DNA from: Eledone cirrhosa
Lineage: Eukaryota
Length of the DNA: 64,000 nucleotides
NCBI GenBank assembly: GCA_964016885.1
Contig: OZ024742.1
Coordinates: forward strand, 147,250,001-147,314,000
Reading direction: 5' to 3'
Position 1 is the first letter of the stretch, and every line of letters starts with the position of its first letter. Made by a program: the position numbers and the translations under genes. The notes beneath the pieces were generated by a model. The model had not been told where the DNA came from, made no database searches, and saw nothing but the letters and a program-made list of their open reading frames with translations. Shown here in pieces: positions 53,117-64,000 of this stretch.

Positions 53117-54415
53117 AACTCTTTTGATACCAAACTGCCTTCATTTTAATAATATTTTACATTATTTTAAAGCATTTGTGTCTATCTAAAAACCTTTTAT
53201 GATACTTTTTTGTAAAAACCATTGTTAATTTATATGCCAAACACCAGCTTAATAATGGTTTCTGATTGGAGCACAGGGCAAACAATTTTGGGGGAGGGGT
53301 AAGTTGATCAAATCAACACTACTGGTACTTTATTTCATCAACCTCGTAAGGATGAAAGGCAAAGCTAACTTCGGTGGGATTTGAAATCAGAATGTAAAAA
53401 GCTGGAACAAATATCTGAATGACAATTCATCTGGTGCTCTATCAATTCACCATCTTACATCACCTTTATAATGAAGAAGTTAGTTATATTACTAAATCCC
53501 TCCAAATTCCAAATTCTTTATTATTTTCAAAATGATTTAAAAATCATAGGCAGTGTCTTTCATTAGAAATACATTAACAAGAGGGTTAAAGTGTTTATAT
53601 TTATCTAAAAACCTTCTATTATAATTTTATGGTGGATTGGCAGTATCGGTAGAGGATCGAACGCCATGCTTTGACATATAGAGTTACGGTCCTTGCCATT
53701 CTGAGTTCAAATTCCGGCGAGGTTAACTTTGCCTTTCATCCTTACAGGGTCATTAAAATAAAGTACCAGTAATGCACTGGGTAATTGCTGGCCTTGTGCC
53801 AAACGTAGAAACAATTATAATTTCATGTAAAAACCACTGTTAAGTTATCTTCCAAACAGCTTAATAATAATTTCAAATTTAGGTACAAGGCCAGCAATTT
53901 GTGTGGATGTGAAAGTTAGTTATTCTAACCCCAGTACTTTACTTTTCATCAACCTCAAAGAGATGAAAGGTAAGGTTGACCTTGGCGAGATTTGAATCCA
54001 GAATATGAAGAGTCTGTCTGACGTCCTAATGATTCTGTCAATCCATTACACCAGCTTAATCATGACAAAGTTAGTTATACTACTAAATCCTTCAAATTCT
54101 TGATTATTTTCAAAATTATTTGAAAATTATAGACAGTGTCTTTCATTAGAAATATGGTAATAAAAGGATTAAAGTGTTTATAGTTATCTAAAAACCTTCC
54201 ATCATAATTCTATGTAAGAACATATGTCAAGTTATGTTCCAAACACCAACTTAGTAATGAGAAAGTTAGTTACAGTGTTGTAGTGCTCTGTACACAATAA
54301 TTTAATTATTATTATCATTATTATTACTAAATCCCTTTGAATTCTTGATTATTTTCAAAATTTCTTGAAGACTATTGGCAGTCTTTCATTAGAAATATAG
54401 TAATGAAATTGTTAA
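53117..54415. mobile_element. Tandem piggyBac-like MITE units with nested SINEs (about 53260-53450 -, 53628-53818 +, 53875-54040 -)
   Basis: Repeated ccaaacaccagcttaataat...actaaatccc...cattagaaat...aa(a)gggttaa. Confidence 0.65.
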
Positions 54416-55794
54416 AAGGCATATATATCTTCAATTCTTTTGAGCCCTTCTAAGGTAAAATTTTTAACATAGGGCCTCCCAAAATTTTATAAATTGGGGC
54501 CTTACAATGTCTAAATCCAACACAGGTTAATATGATGCTTTCTACCTCAAGACTCAATTTACCATGCAGTTCAGAAAGGTACCGTTATGTTTAGTAAAAT
54601 TTATTGATAAAAGACTGGAATAACTGCATAATCAGCCTAATAGTTAATACTTCGGAAACCAAGGTCTACTATTGGCCAAAAGAATTTCTAAGAACCATGA
54701 AACGATTGATTTTTTAAAAACTTCATACCACTAAATCAAATAGATTTATATATTGGGTAAGATTTCTACCACTTTAACCTCATAGCAATTTTACATCATA
54801 CTACGTAGTTTAGTAAGTATAAATCTATATTACTTATATATACACACACATATAGACACACATACCCTCACCACCATCATCATCATCATCATTGCTGTTT
54901 TATATCTATTTTTCATGCCTGCATGTGTTAGATGGGTTGTCGCAAGGTTAGAGAAGTCAGATATACATTCGCTTTTGGCATGGTTCCTATGGCTGGATGC
55001 CCTTCCTAATGCCAACCACTTCACAGTGTGTACTGGGTGCATTTTATTGTGGAACTGCCACTACCATCTGACAGGGTGGACTGGGGGCTTTTTGTTGTGG
55101 CACCAGCACTACTATGTTTCAACTCATACATATACATACATGAACATATACAAACACACACACACATACATACATGTATATATTTGATGACAGGTGGATT
55201 AATATAAATATATATATGTATATATACATATGTGTGTGTATACATATATATGGCATGAAAAATATGCTCCCAGTCCACTCTGTAAGGTGGTCGTGCTGGC
55301 GACACATGGATAAATACCCAGTCTACACTGTAATGTGTTTGGTATTATGAAGAGTATCCAACCATAGAAACCAAGCCAAAATAGAGTTCCATATGAGCAA
55401 GATGTGGTCACCTGACCTAACTTGCCTCATAACATAACAACCCATCTCACCCCATGCAAGTATAGAAAAATGGACAATAAACAATGATGATGATGATGAT
55501 GATGATGATGACATTCTATAATAACAATTCTACTAATTCGTCACCCTAAAATACCAGTTTGGGGGGAGGAGAAAGTCAGTTAAATTAACTCCAGTGTGTT
55601 ACTGGTACTTTATTTTATTGACCCCAAAAGGATGAAAGGCAAAGCTATCCTTGGTGAGATTTGAACTCAGAATGTAGAGGGACATAACTATATGCTGCAA
55701 AGCATGTTGTTCGACCCTCTAATGACTCAACCAATCCACCACCCTCACACCATCTTAATAATGAAAAGATCAGTTATTTTGCTAGAATCTTCCA

Positions 55795-55972
55795 TATTCT
55801 TCTTCTTCTTCTTCTTCTTCTTCTTCTTCTTCTTCTTCTTCTTCTTCTTCTTCTCTGTCGTTCTTGTCTTCATCGCCTTCTCTCCCCCCTCCTTCTTCTT
55901 CTTCTTCTTCTTCTTCTTCTTCTTCTTCTTCTTCTTCTTCTTCTTCTTCTTCTTCTTCTTCTTCTTCTTCTT
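55795..55972. repeat. (CTT)n tract
   Basis: Direct observation. Confidence 0.95.
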
Positions 55973-58047
55973 GCTGAGAGCATTGTTGGGTCAGAGCTGT
56001 CAGACACGTCTTCCAGAGGGTCCTACAAGAAGCAACCATCTCCAAATGACCCAACTGCACCATCAAGTATTACTAAGCAAGATCATGGATGTTATCCAAT
56101 TATCTTGCTCATGGTTTACATCTAGGTTACCTGTCAGTTAACTTTGCCCATAAAATTTGTCCTGCAAGTCTTCCATTAGACATTCTAACAACATGTCTAC
56201 AGTACTGAAGCTGTAATCTCTCGATGCAGAGAAGATATGGCTCTACCTGGAGTGATTCCTTGATCTCTGAGCTATGCACCCTATTGAGTAACATAGGTGC
56301 TATATTTCATTTGAAATATGGTAACAAAAGTGTTAAAGAGATTATTTCTGGGTTAGTCTCCTCCTGTTAACTACTCTTTACATGTAAAGGCATGTGGTTT
56401 AATGGTTAGAATGTTTGGCTCACACCTGTAAGATCATGAATTCGATTCCTGGCTAAAATGAGTTATACCTGTAATTAAAAGAGCCAGCCTTGTTACTCAC
56501 TGGATCATGCTAAATCGCCCATGTCTGTGGAATGCTCAGCCACTTGCTCATTAATATCATTAGCAGACTGTTCCAATATTCAAACAATTGGAACATTCAT
56601 TAAAACAACACAAGTGCTTTAATGTCATTTTACCTGTTAAAGCAAACATTAGCCACGTGGGTCCCATCACAATTATCTCCACTTTCCCCTATTGTCTGCA
56701 TCCTCCCTCACTGGATTTCATTTTTTCCTTTCTCACCTCCAACCATGCCTTTCTGCTCTTCACTTTTCTTTACTCCCTTCCATATTCATTTCCATTACAC
56801 CTTTTGCCCAGTCATTTTCATCCTTAATCAACATATATCCTAATCATCTCAGTCCAAAAGCTTTTTACAAGTATCCTATCTGGGAAATTAACTCTCTCTC
56901 AATTTGCTAGAGATCACACTCTAGCCTTTGTCATGTAATGTAATAATAATCAAAGCAACTGTATATTTTACTTATACTATGAAAAATTAATTTATTTATT
57001 TTATTTAATTATACTAATTGACAGATAAACAAGTTAGACCAAAAATGAGGAAGTTGTGAAGCATACATTCAGAGAAGCCTCCAGCCTACACTGTAAAGTG
57101 GTCATGATGGTGACATGGCAAAAAGCACCCAGTCCACACTGTAAAATGGTTGTGTAGGTGTCACGACAAAAAACACCCAGTATTTACTGTAAATGAGGTT
57201 GGCATCCAGCTGTAGAAACCAAGCCAAAATTGGTTCTGTATGAGCATGACATGGTCACCTCACCTGGCATTGCTCACAACAAGATAACTCGTCTAATAAA
57301 GGCCAGTGTAGAAAAATGGTCGTTAAATGGCGATGATGATAATGATAATGATGTGCATTATATTCAGAGCCAGCACTACCATTAATGCTAACAGAGCAGC
57401 TATCTAGAGAGCAGACCTCAGAGAGAGGTATTACTGAAACTTAATGGATCACAGTAGCATACAAATCTGTATAATTATATGAAATATATAATAATTTCTT
57501 GTGACCAATAAATAAACTCCAACCATCACTGTCACATACCAGTTTCATGGAAATATCCAAAATGGTAATGAGGGTCTTATTGTATTATGGTCTGTCACCG
57601 AGTGTGAACTGTGTAGTAGAGAATGCAGGCTTAGTAATTTTTAGTGTAGTCAAAAGCAAGAAGTGTAAAAAACTACATTTGTCAACTTATTGAAGTTTTA
57701 AATATTTTATTTGAAAGAATGGGGTGTATAACTGGGAGAAGCGAATACAAATAGTAGAGCTAACCAAGTGTGCTAAATATCCAGGCACTGGCTCTGCCTC
57801 TTAATCTGCTAGAGATCTCAGTAGTTCTGACTTGCTACCTACCTTCTTTCATATCAATCAAGTCATATTTATTCATATGATAAGATATAACATTTGCCAG
57901 CTCCATTACTCAATTTTTAAGCCAGATGAGGCCAATCATTAGATAACCTTTCTATCAGATACAGGCAATGAAACTGGATGATTTTAGATCATATAAATAT
58001 ACATACATACATGCATACATACACACAATCATACATACATACATACA

Positions 58048-59087
58048 CCTTCAACAGAGGAAAAAGGTTGGCAACCATCTTGCCCAGGTTTATGAGCATG
58101 AAAAAAAAAATATCATTAGAATAGCGACTGATCTGGAGGAGAGATATGGAATAAAGCCTGATGTAAATCTCTCACCCAGAGAAATCGGAAGATCCTATTC
58201 AATGTTCAAACAAGATAAAAAAATTGACCAATTTACAGAAAAAGTTGTGCATGGATACTTGAGACGTAAAACACAGACCATAGAGGGGATAAACCACTCA
58301 AAGAGCCGGGCATGGAGTTCCGACAAGTTTATGACATCACACCTTGAGGGATATCTCTATGCAATACAGGAACAAGAACTCCCTACCAAATATCTGCTGC
58401 ACAAAAGAGGAGGGCCAACAGCTGACAATAAATGTAGGCTATGTAAAACAAAGATCGAGGATGTAAGCCACATTGTTGCCAGCTGCGAAAGAATGTCATC
58501 TCGCTACTACCTCCCCATGAGACACGATGGGATAGCTAGAACCATCTGGAACGCACTTCGGAAAACAAAATTAACAACAAACGAGGAAGAATATATTGAG
58601 ACAGATGGCACTAAGGAATACTGGTGGAACCTGAAAATAAAAACTGCTACCAAATTAAAGCACAACCGGCCTGATATTGTTGTTTGGGACCACACATTGA
58701 AAACGTGTTCTGTTGTGGAGATCAGCTGCCCACTTGATGTAAACGTTGTCAGAAAAATACAGGAGAAGGAGGACATCTACGGACCATTGATGAGGAGTTT
58801 ACAAATCCAGTATCCAAGATACACCTTTAGCTTCATACCCATCATTATTGGAGCTACGGGTTATATACCAACCCGCTTGGACCAAAGTATAACTAAACTT
58901 GGATTTGCGGACAAAGAGTGCAGCTCCCTAATTCATAGTCTACAAATGGCTGCGATAGCTGGCACCTTCAAAATTTGCAAAACATTCTTGCGATTCAAGG
59001 GATGACAATTTCTTTTCTTTTACAACCTTGCCACCATGAAGGTGGCCGGTCAAAAAAAATATACTCGAAATTAAGAGAAAGAGATAA
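58048..59087 (+). mobile_element. R4/Dong-clade non-LTR retrotransposon 3' part (CCHC knuckle plus restriction-like endonuclease), open frame to 59005
   Basis: AIQEQ, CRLC...HIVASC, RHD, HNRPDIVV, EISCP, EKEDIY, PIIIGATG; flanked on both sides by (CATA)n. Confidence 0.9.
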
Positions 59088-59527
59088 CATACATACATAC
59101 ATACATTCATATGTGCTTGCATTGTATACATACATAATGGCTGCCCCCTCGTTATTGAGTATGGCCACTGCACGATATACCATTATTAATATTAATTATT
59201 AATTAATTCTCTCATACAATGCCTGTGTATGAAGATTTTTTTTGAAAGTGAAGAAAGACTGTGCACTGAGTCAATCCCACTCTCTGAGCAACAGTACATG
59301 TAACCTGAAAAGAAGAAAAGATCAACATCATTGGTAACTACTGAACCACAGGTTTTATGTCGGAGTTATCCGAGTTTCCTGAGTTGCTAGAAAAATGCCC
59401 TGACAAAGGTTAGGGGTCCTTCACTCCCAGTGATTCAACTGCACGATCAAGTATCCAGCCCGACTATTTCTATGTCCCTGTGCATATACATACAGATGCA
59501 CACATGCATATACATATATACATACAT

Positions 59528-59908
59528 CCTGTTGTGGGCAGTGTCCGGTCGGCTGACCTTGTCTTGCTCATACGGGAACTGATTCTGGCTTGATTTCTAC
59601 AGCTGGATGCTCTTCCTAACATCAACCTCATTTACAGTGAGTGCTGGGTGCTTTTTTTCCATGGCGCCTACACGTCTACTTTACAGTGTGGGCTGGGTGC
59701 TTTTTTGCCGTGGAACCTTCACGACCACTTTGCAGTGGAATGATAGGGACCCCAGTCCTATCATCTCATTTCTACAGCTGAGTAAACTGGAGCAATGTGA
59801 AATAAAGTGTCTTGCTCAAGGAAACAACACATCACCCGGTCTGAGAATTGAACTTACAACCTTTCGATTGCAAGCCCAATGCTCTAACCACTAAGCCATG
59901 CGCCTTCA
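59528..59908 (-). mobile_element. tRNA-derived SINE of the 13811 family
   Basis: Reverse complement of 62540-62870. Confidence 0.9.
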
Positions 59909-60154
59909 TATATATATATGTATATATCATGATGATGAAACCTAAATTATGTATTTATGCACAGTTTTGCATCTGCAATTAAGATGGCTAAATTGTCTGA
60001 CCCCTATGACTGCAGAGATGGTGAACGCCACACATACACACATACCCTAATGAATCAAAAGAATAGCAAAACTACTTTCCATTTTCCCTTCACAATTCTT
60101 CAACTCAGCCAAATTCTTGCCTCACTACTACAATATATATTTATATTTATATAT

Positions 60155-61150
60155 AACAGCGGCGGGCAACTGACGGCCATGCGGGGCATGGAGGGCCCCT
60201 TGCAGACAGGGCCTCCAACTACACTCTGATCCCTGCGGCGGCTGCCATGCCCGCGGAAGACAGTGTAATCGAATGCCAGGCAGAACTGAGCAGCAGAGGG
60301 GGGGGGGGGGGCACCGCGCTGACAGAACAGCACCCAGATAATCGGGGGAGTGCCGTGGTAAACCAAGGGCCCAGTGTTGGAAATGAGCAACATAACGACC
60401 GAACTTGCAACTGCAGAGTGGGCACACAATGGGTAGATGCCTAACGAAGGGCCTAGTATATAAATGTGTGGTTAACACGCACAACAGCAAGCACACCTAC
60501 ATCGGCGCAACATCCACAACCTTTAAATCGAGGATGTATAATCACACAAACTCTTTCAAGGACCGGAGCAAGAGACACTCCACTAGACTGGTGGACCTAA
60601 TATGGGACTTGAAAGACAACGGCACCCCGTATGATCTCAACTGGAGTATCGTTCAACATGCAAATGCATATTCGGCCGGAAACAGGAAGTGTAGGCTATG
60701 CCTATCCGAGGCCATGGAGATTCTCCGCATGGACGCAACCGGACGGCCCAAGCTAAACGCATGCGAGGAAGCGGACGCTGGTCTGAGTGGTGCCGCGGGT
60801 CTAAGGAATCAAACAACATACCTGGTTGACTATGTATGCCCTGTGGGGTAAGTCGACGCAACCTATGCTGCCAATCGGACTCCTAATCAACATCACATGA
60901 GCCGAGACACGGTAGCTCAACCTCCACGGATGGTCGGTCCCGTACCATACTTCAATAAGGCACTCTATATCACTCACAGTGACATGCTCCTTTATGGCCT
61001 GTTCACACACTCCCTGCATGTGTATCTTTTCAGTGGTATGTGCATATTCTCCACGCATTCCATTACGTAACACCCCATGTATTTTTCCATGTACAGACCA
61101 ATGTATATCTTTGTATACTTTTCTTATATAATTCAGATGTATGTATATTT

Positions 61151-61195
<45 letters not shown>

Positions 61196-62504
61196 TAATA
61201 TATATATTTTTTGGTATATATATATATATATTTTTTTATATATTTTTTTAATGTATTTTTTATATATTTTTTAATATATTTTTTTTATATATTCTGCATA
61301 CATTCTTTTATATATCATGCATGCATCTACTATATACAGTCTGGGCATACCCTTTACGTTAATACCATGAACTCCCCATATATAGCCTTGCTTGAGGTGT
61401 CTATACGCGGATTTAGCCACGTTGGCAGCATAATATCAACTCCGTCTGCATGTACAACCCAATGTGTATCCCTATATGCCTTTCTTACATGTACTTTTTG
61501 TACATTCTTTTATGTGTGTGTAGATGTGTGTACATTACTATGTGTAAGAATATATGTGCGAGTCTGTGTTCTGTGTGTGTGTGTATGCACACGTGCAGGG
61601 GGGGGATGTATTGTGGTATGTGTGTGTATGTATATGTGTATATATATATGTGTATATATATATATGTGTGTGTGTGTATGTATGTGTATGTATGAGTGCG
61701 TGTATATGTATGTGTATGTATGTGTGTATTATATGCGTGTGTGTGTATGTATATGTAGACGTGTGTGTGTATACGTGTGTGTGGGCGTGTGGGTGGGTGT
61801 ATGTATGTATGTGTATGTATGCATATGTATGTGCAGATGTGCATATGTGTTTGCGTAAATGTATGTATGTGTATATATATATATCTGTGAGTGTATGTGT
61901 ATGTATATATACGGATGCGTATGTGTGTGTGTGTATGTGCATCTATATATACGGGTGCGTGTATGTGTGTGCCTGTGTATATACGTGCGTATATAAACGC
62001 GCGTGTGTGCATGTGTGCCTCTCTGTGGGCATGTATGCATATATTTGTGTGACTATTTATGTGTGTGAACGTAAGCACACACAAGCTACTCTGTATGTAT
62101 ATGTCAGTATCTGTGCGTGTGTGTGTGTGCGAGTGGGAGTGTGAGCTGACAAACAGCAGTAATTTTGGCGATGGGACAGTGGGGGCGCGACAGTGGGGGA
62201 GCGACAGCTCACGCCCTGACGGTCAGCGAGCTGATACAAGTGGTCAGAATAATGATGACGTCACTAACCAGTGACCAACCCAAGGACGCGCAAAGCGGAT
62301 GAAGGTGGTCGGTATAGGCTCGTAGGGCCAAAAAACCCCAGAAAGAGGATATGATCCCAAATCAATAGACGTGTCCCAGGGATCTGCCAGACTAGAGTCA
62401 GGTAGATCCACACACAGATCGCACTTCGAGCTGGTCGCCGGGGAAACAATTGTAACACACAATAAATTGAGTCCCGATGCATCACTGATTTTTCGTTTTC
62501 CATC

Positions 62505-62510
<6 letters not shown>
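60155..62510 (+). mobile_element. Penelope-like element 3' part: GIY-YIG endonuclease remnant plus a probable long microsatellite-rich 3' region
   Basis: CNCR, GLVYKCVV, YIGAT, FKSRMYNH, CRLCLSE; bounded by (TA)n. Confidence 0.75.
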
Positions 62511-62539
<29 letters not shown>

Positions 62540-62542
<3 letters not shown>

Positions 62543-62930
62543 AGGCACATGGCTTAGTGGTTAGAGCATTGGGCTTGCAATCGAAAGGTTGTGAATTCAA
62601 TTCTCAGACCGAGTGATGTGTTGTTTCCTTGAGCAAGACACTTTATTTCACATTACTCCAGTTTACTCAGCTGTAGAAATGAGATGATAGGCCTGGGGTC
62701 CCTATCATTCCACTGTAAAGTGGTCGTGGAGGTGCCATGGCAAAAAAAGGGACCCAGCCCACACTGTAAAGTGGACGTGTAGGCACCACGGAAAAAAAAG
62801 CACCCAGCACTCACTGTAAATGAGGTTGGTGTTAGGAAGGGCATCCAGCTGTATAAATCAAGCCAGAATCAGTTCCCGTCCCACCCTTGCAAGCAGGGAA
62901 AAGCGGACGTAAAATGATGATGATGATGAT
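62540..62930 (+). mobile_element. tRNA-derived SINE of the 13811 family, full length
   Basis: A and B boxes, central domain, RTE-like tail and (TGA)n. Confidence 0.9.
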
Positions 62931-63699
62931 ATGTCATTATCATCATGATGATTTTACAAATGCTTTTCCATGCTCTTGTAGTTGGAACGGTTTTCTTCAG
63001 TACAGTATCTTGCATTACTTTGTCATCCACTCTTAACTGTTTCTTTCCATTTCTTCCTTCATCTGCCTCTCCTACAAGTTCCTTTCACCGGTGTTGCTAG
63101 ACACTTCTATACCCAATTGTTCTCCTCCATAAACAACACGTCTGTACCAGCATAAACCTTTGTCTTGTACACCACATGTGATTGCTCATACATCCAGTTT
63201 TTCCCATAGCTTATTTATACTTTATCATTCATGCACATTAACATTCTAAAGCTGGAACAAATACCTCAAGTCAGCTCATCTGGCACATTAAATGGTTCAA
63301 CAAATCCCCTGCACTTCAGCTGAACTAGACTGGGCTGGTACTTTATTTTATTCACCTCAAAAGGATGAAAGGCAATGTTTGACCTCAGCAGGATTTGAAC
63401 ATAAAGCCTGACTAAATGTCATAAAGAGTTTAGTTGTACACTCTAACCAGGGGCGGTGGAACTGGTGGTGGTAGTGATGATGGTGATCACAATGATGATA
63501 GTGATGATGACATGTAATCCTATTTTAAAGATTTCAGGTAATGTAATGAATGAGATTTGGCTGTGACATAAATCCCTCTCTTGATTATTTCAATGGCAGT
63601 ATCATATCACCATATTGTCAATTTATGTCAACCAAATTATTGTTAGCTTTAACTGTCATAATCAATCTATAGAATAAACAAAGTTTATATTTCAAAGTG

Positions 63700-64000
63700 G
63701 TACTTGTCTGGCAAGTGTCTTGATTTGAAATGCGTGTTGAAGCAAAAGCAATTACATAGTGAAAGAGTCATTTTAGCCACAGTTGTACTTGTTAAGCAAG
63801 TAACTTTATCCAAGACCACATGTTGAAAGGAAAGCATGTGAATCATGTAAGAGTCATTTTAATTACAGTTTTACATGTCTGGTAAGCGATTTGATCCAAG
63901 ACAGCATATTGAAATGAAAGTAATTACACTATGAAAGAGTCATTTTAACCACAGTTGTATTTGTTAAGCAGATAACTTGATCCAAGACTGTGTGTTGAAA
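63700..64000. repeat. Tandem repeat of about 80 bp running off the window end
   Basis: Repeated gaaagagtcattttaaccacagttgta...atccaagac...gttgaaa. Confidence 0.85.

Noticed and set aside
55692-56141. Poly-F and poly-E ORFs
   Set aside because: (CTT)n tract

Overview
This is AT-rich animal genomic DNA, most likely from an octopus or other cephalopod, judged from the SINE/LINE repertoire and the (TA)n/(TACA)n density. It is almost entirely intronic or intergenic repeat, and no host protein-coding gene can be called with confidence. The recognisable coding sequence is all transposon-derived: several Penelope-like elements (RT and GIY-YIG), RTE-clade LINEs, a CRE-clade and an R4/Dong-clade restriction-like-endonuclease retrotransposon, and Tc1/mariner and Chapaev-like transposase remnants. 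There are also tRNA-derived SINEs, a non-autonomous Helitron, piggyBac-like MITEs, minisatellites and microsatellites. The most striking unexplained structure is a dense set of type I hammerhead ribozyme motifs (stem I - CUGANGA - stem II - GAAA - short, usually palindromic stem III - NUH). About nine have an intact core and about as many are decayed. They belong to many unrelated short repeat families that sit in (TA)n tracts. Several are arranged as long fold-back palindromes with a ribozyme on each arm, and several have unusually long or branched stem II domains. All structures were folded by eye and coordinates of repeat edges are approximate.
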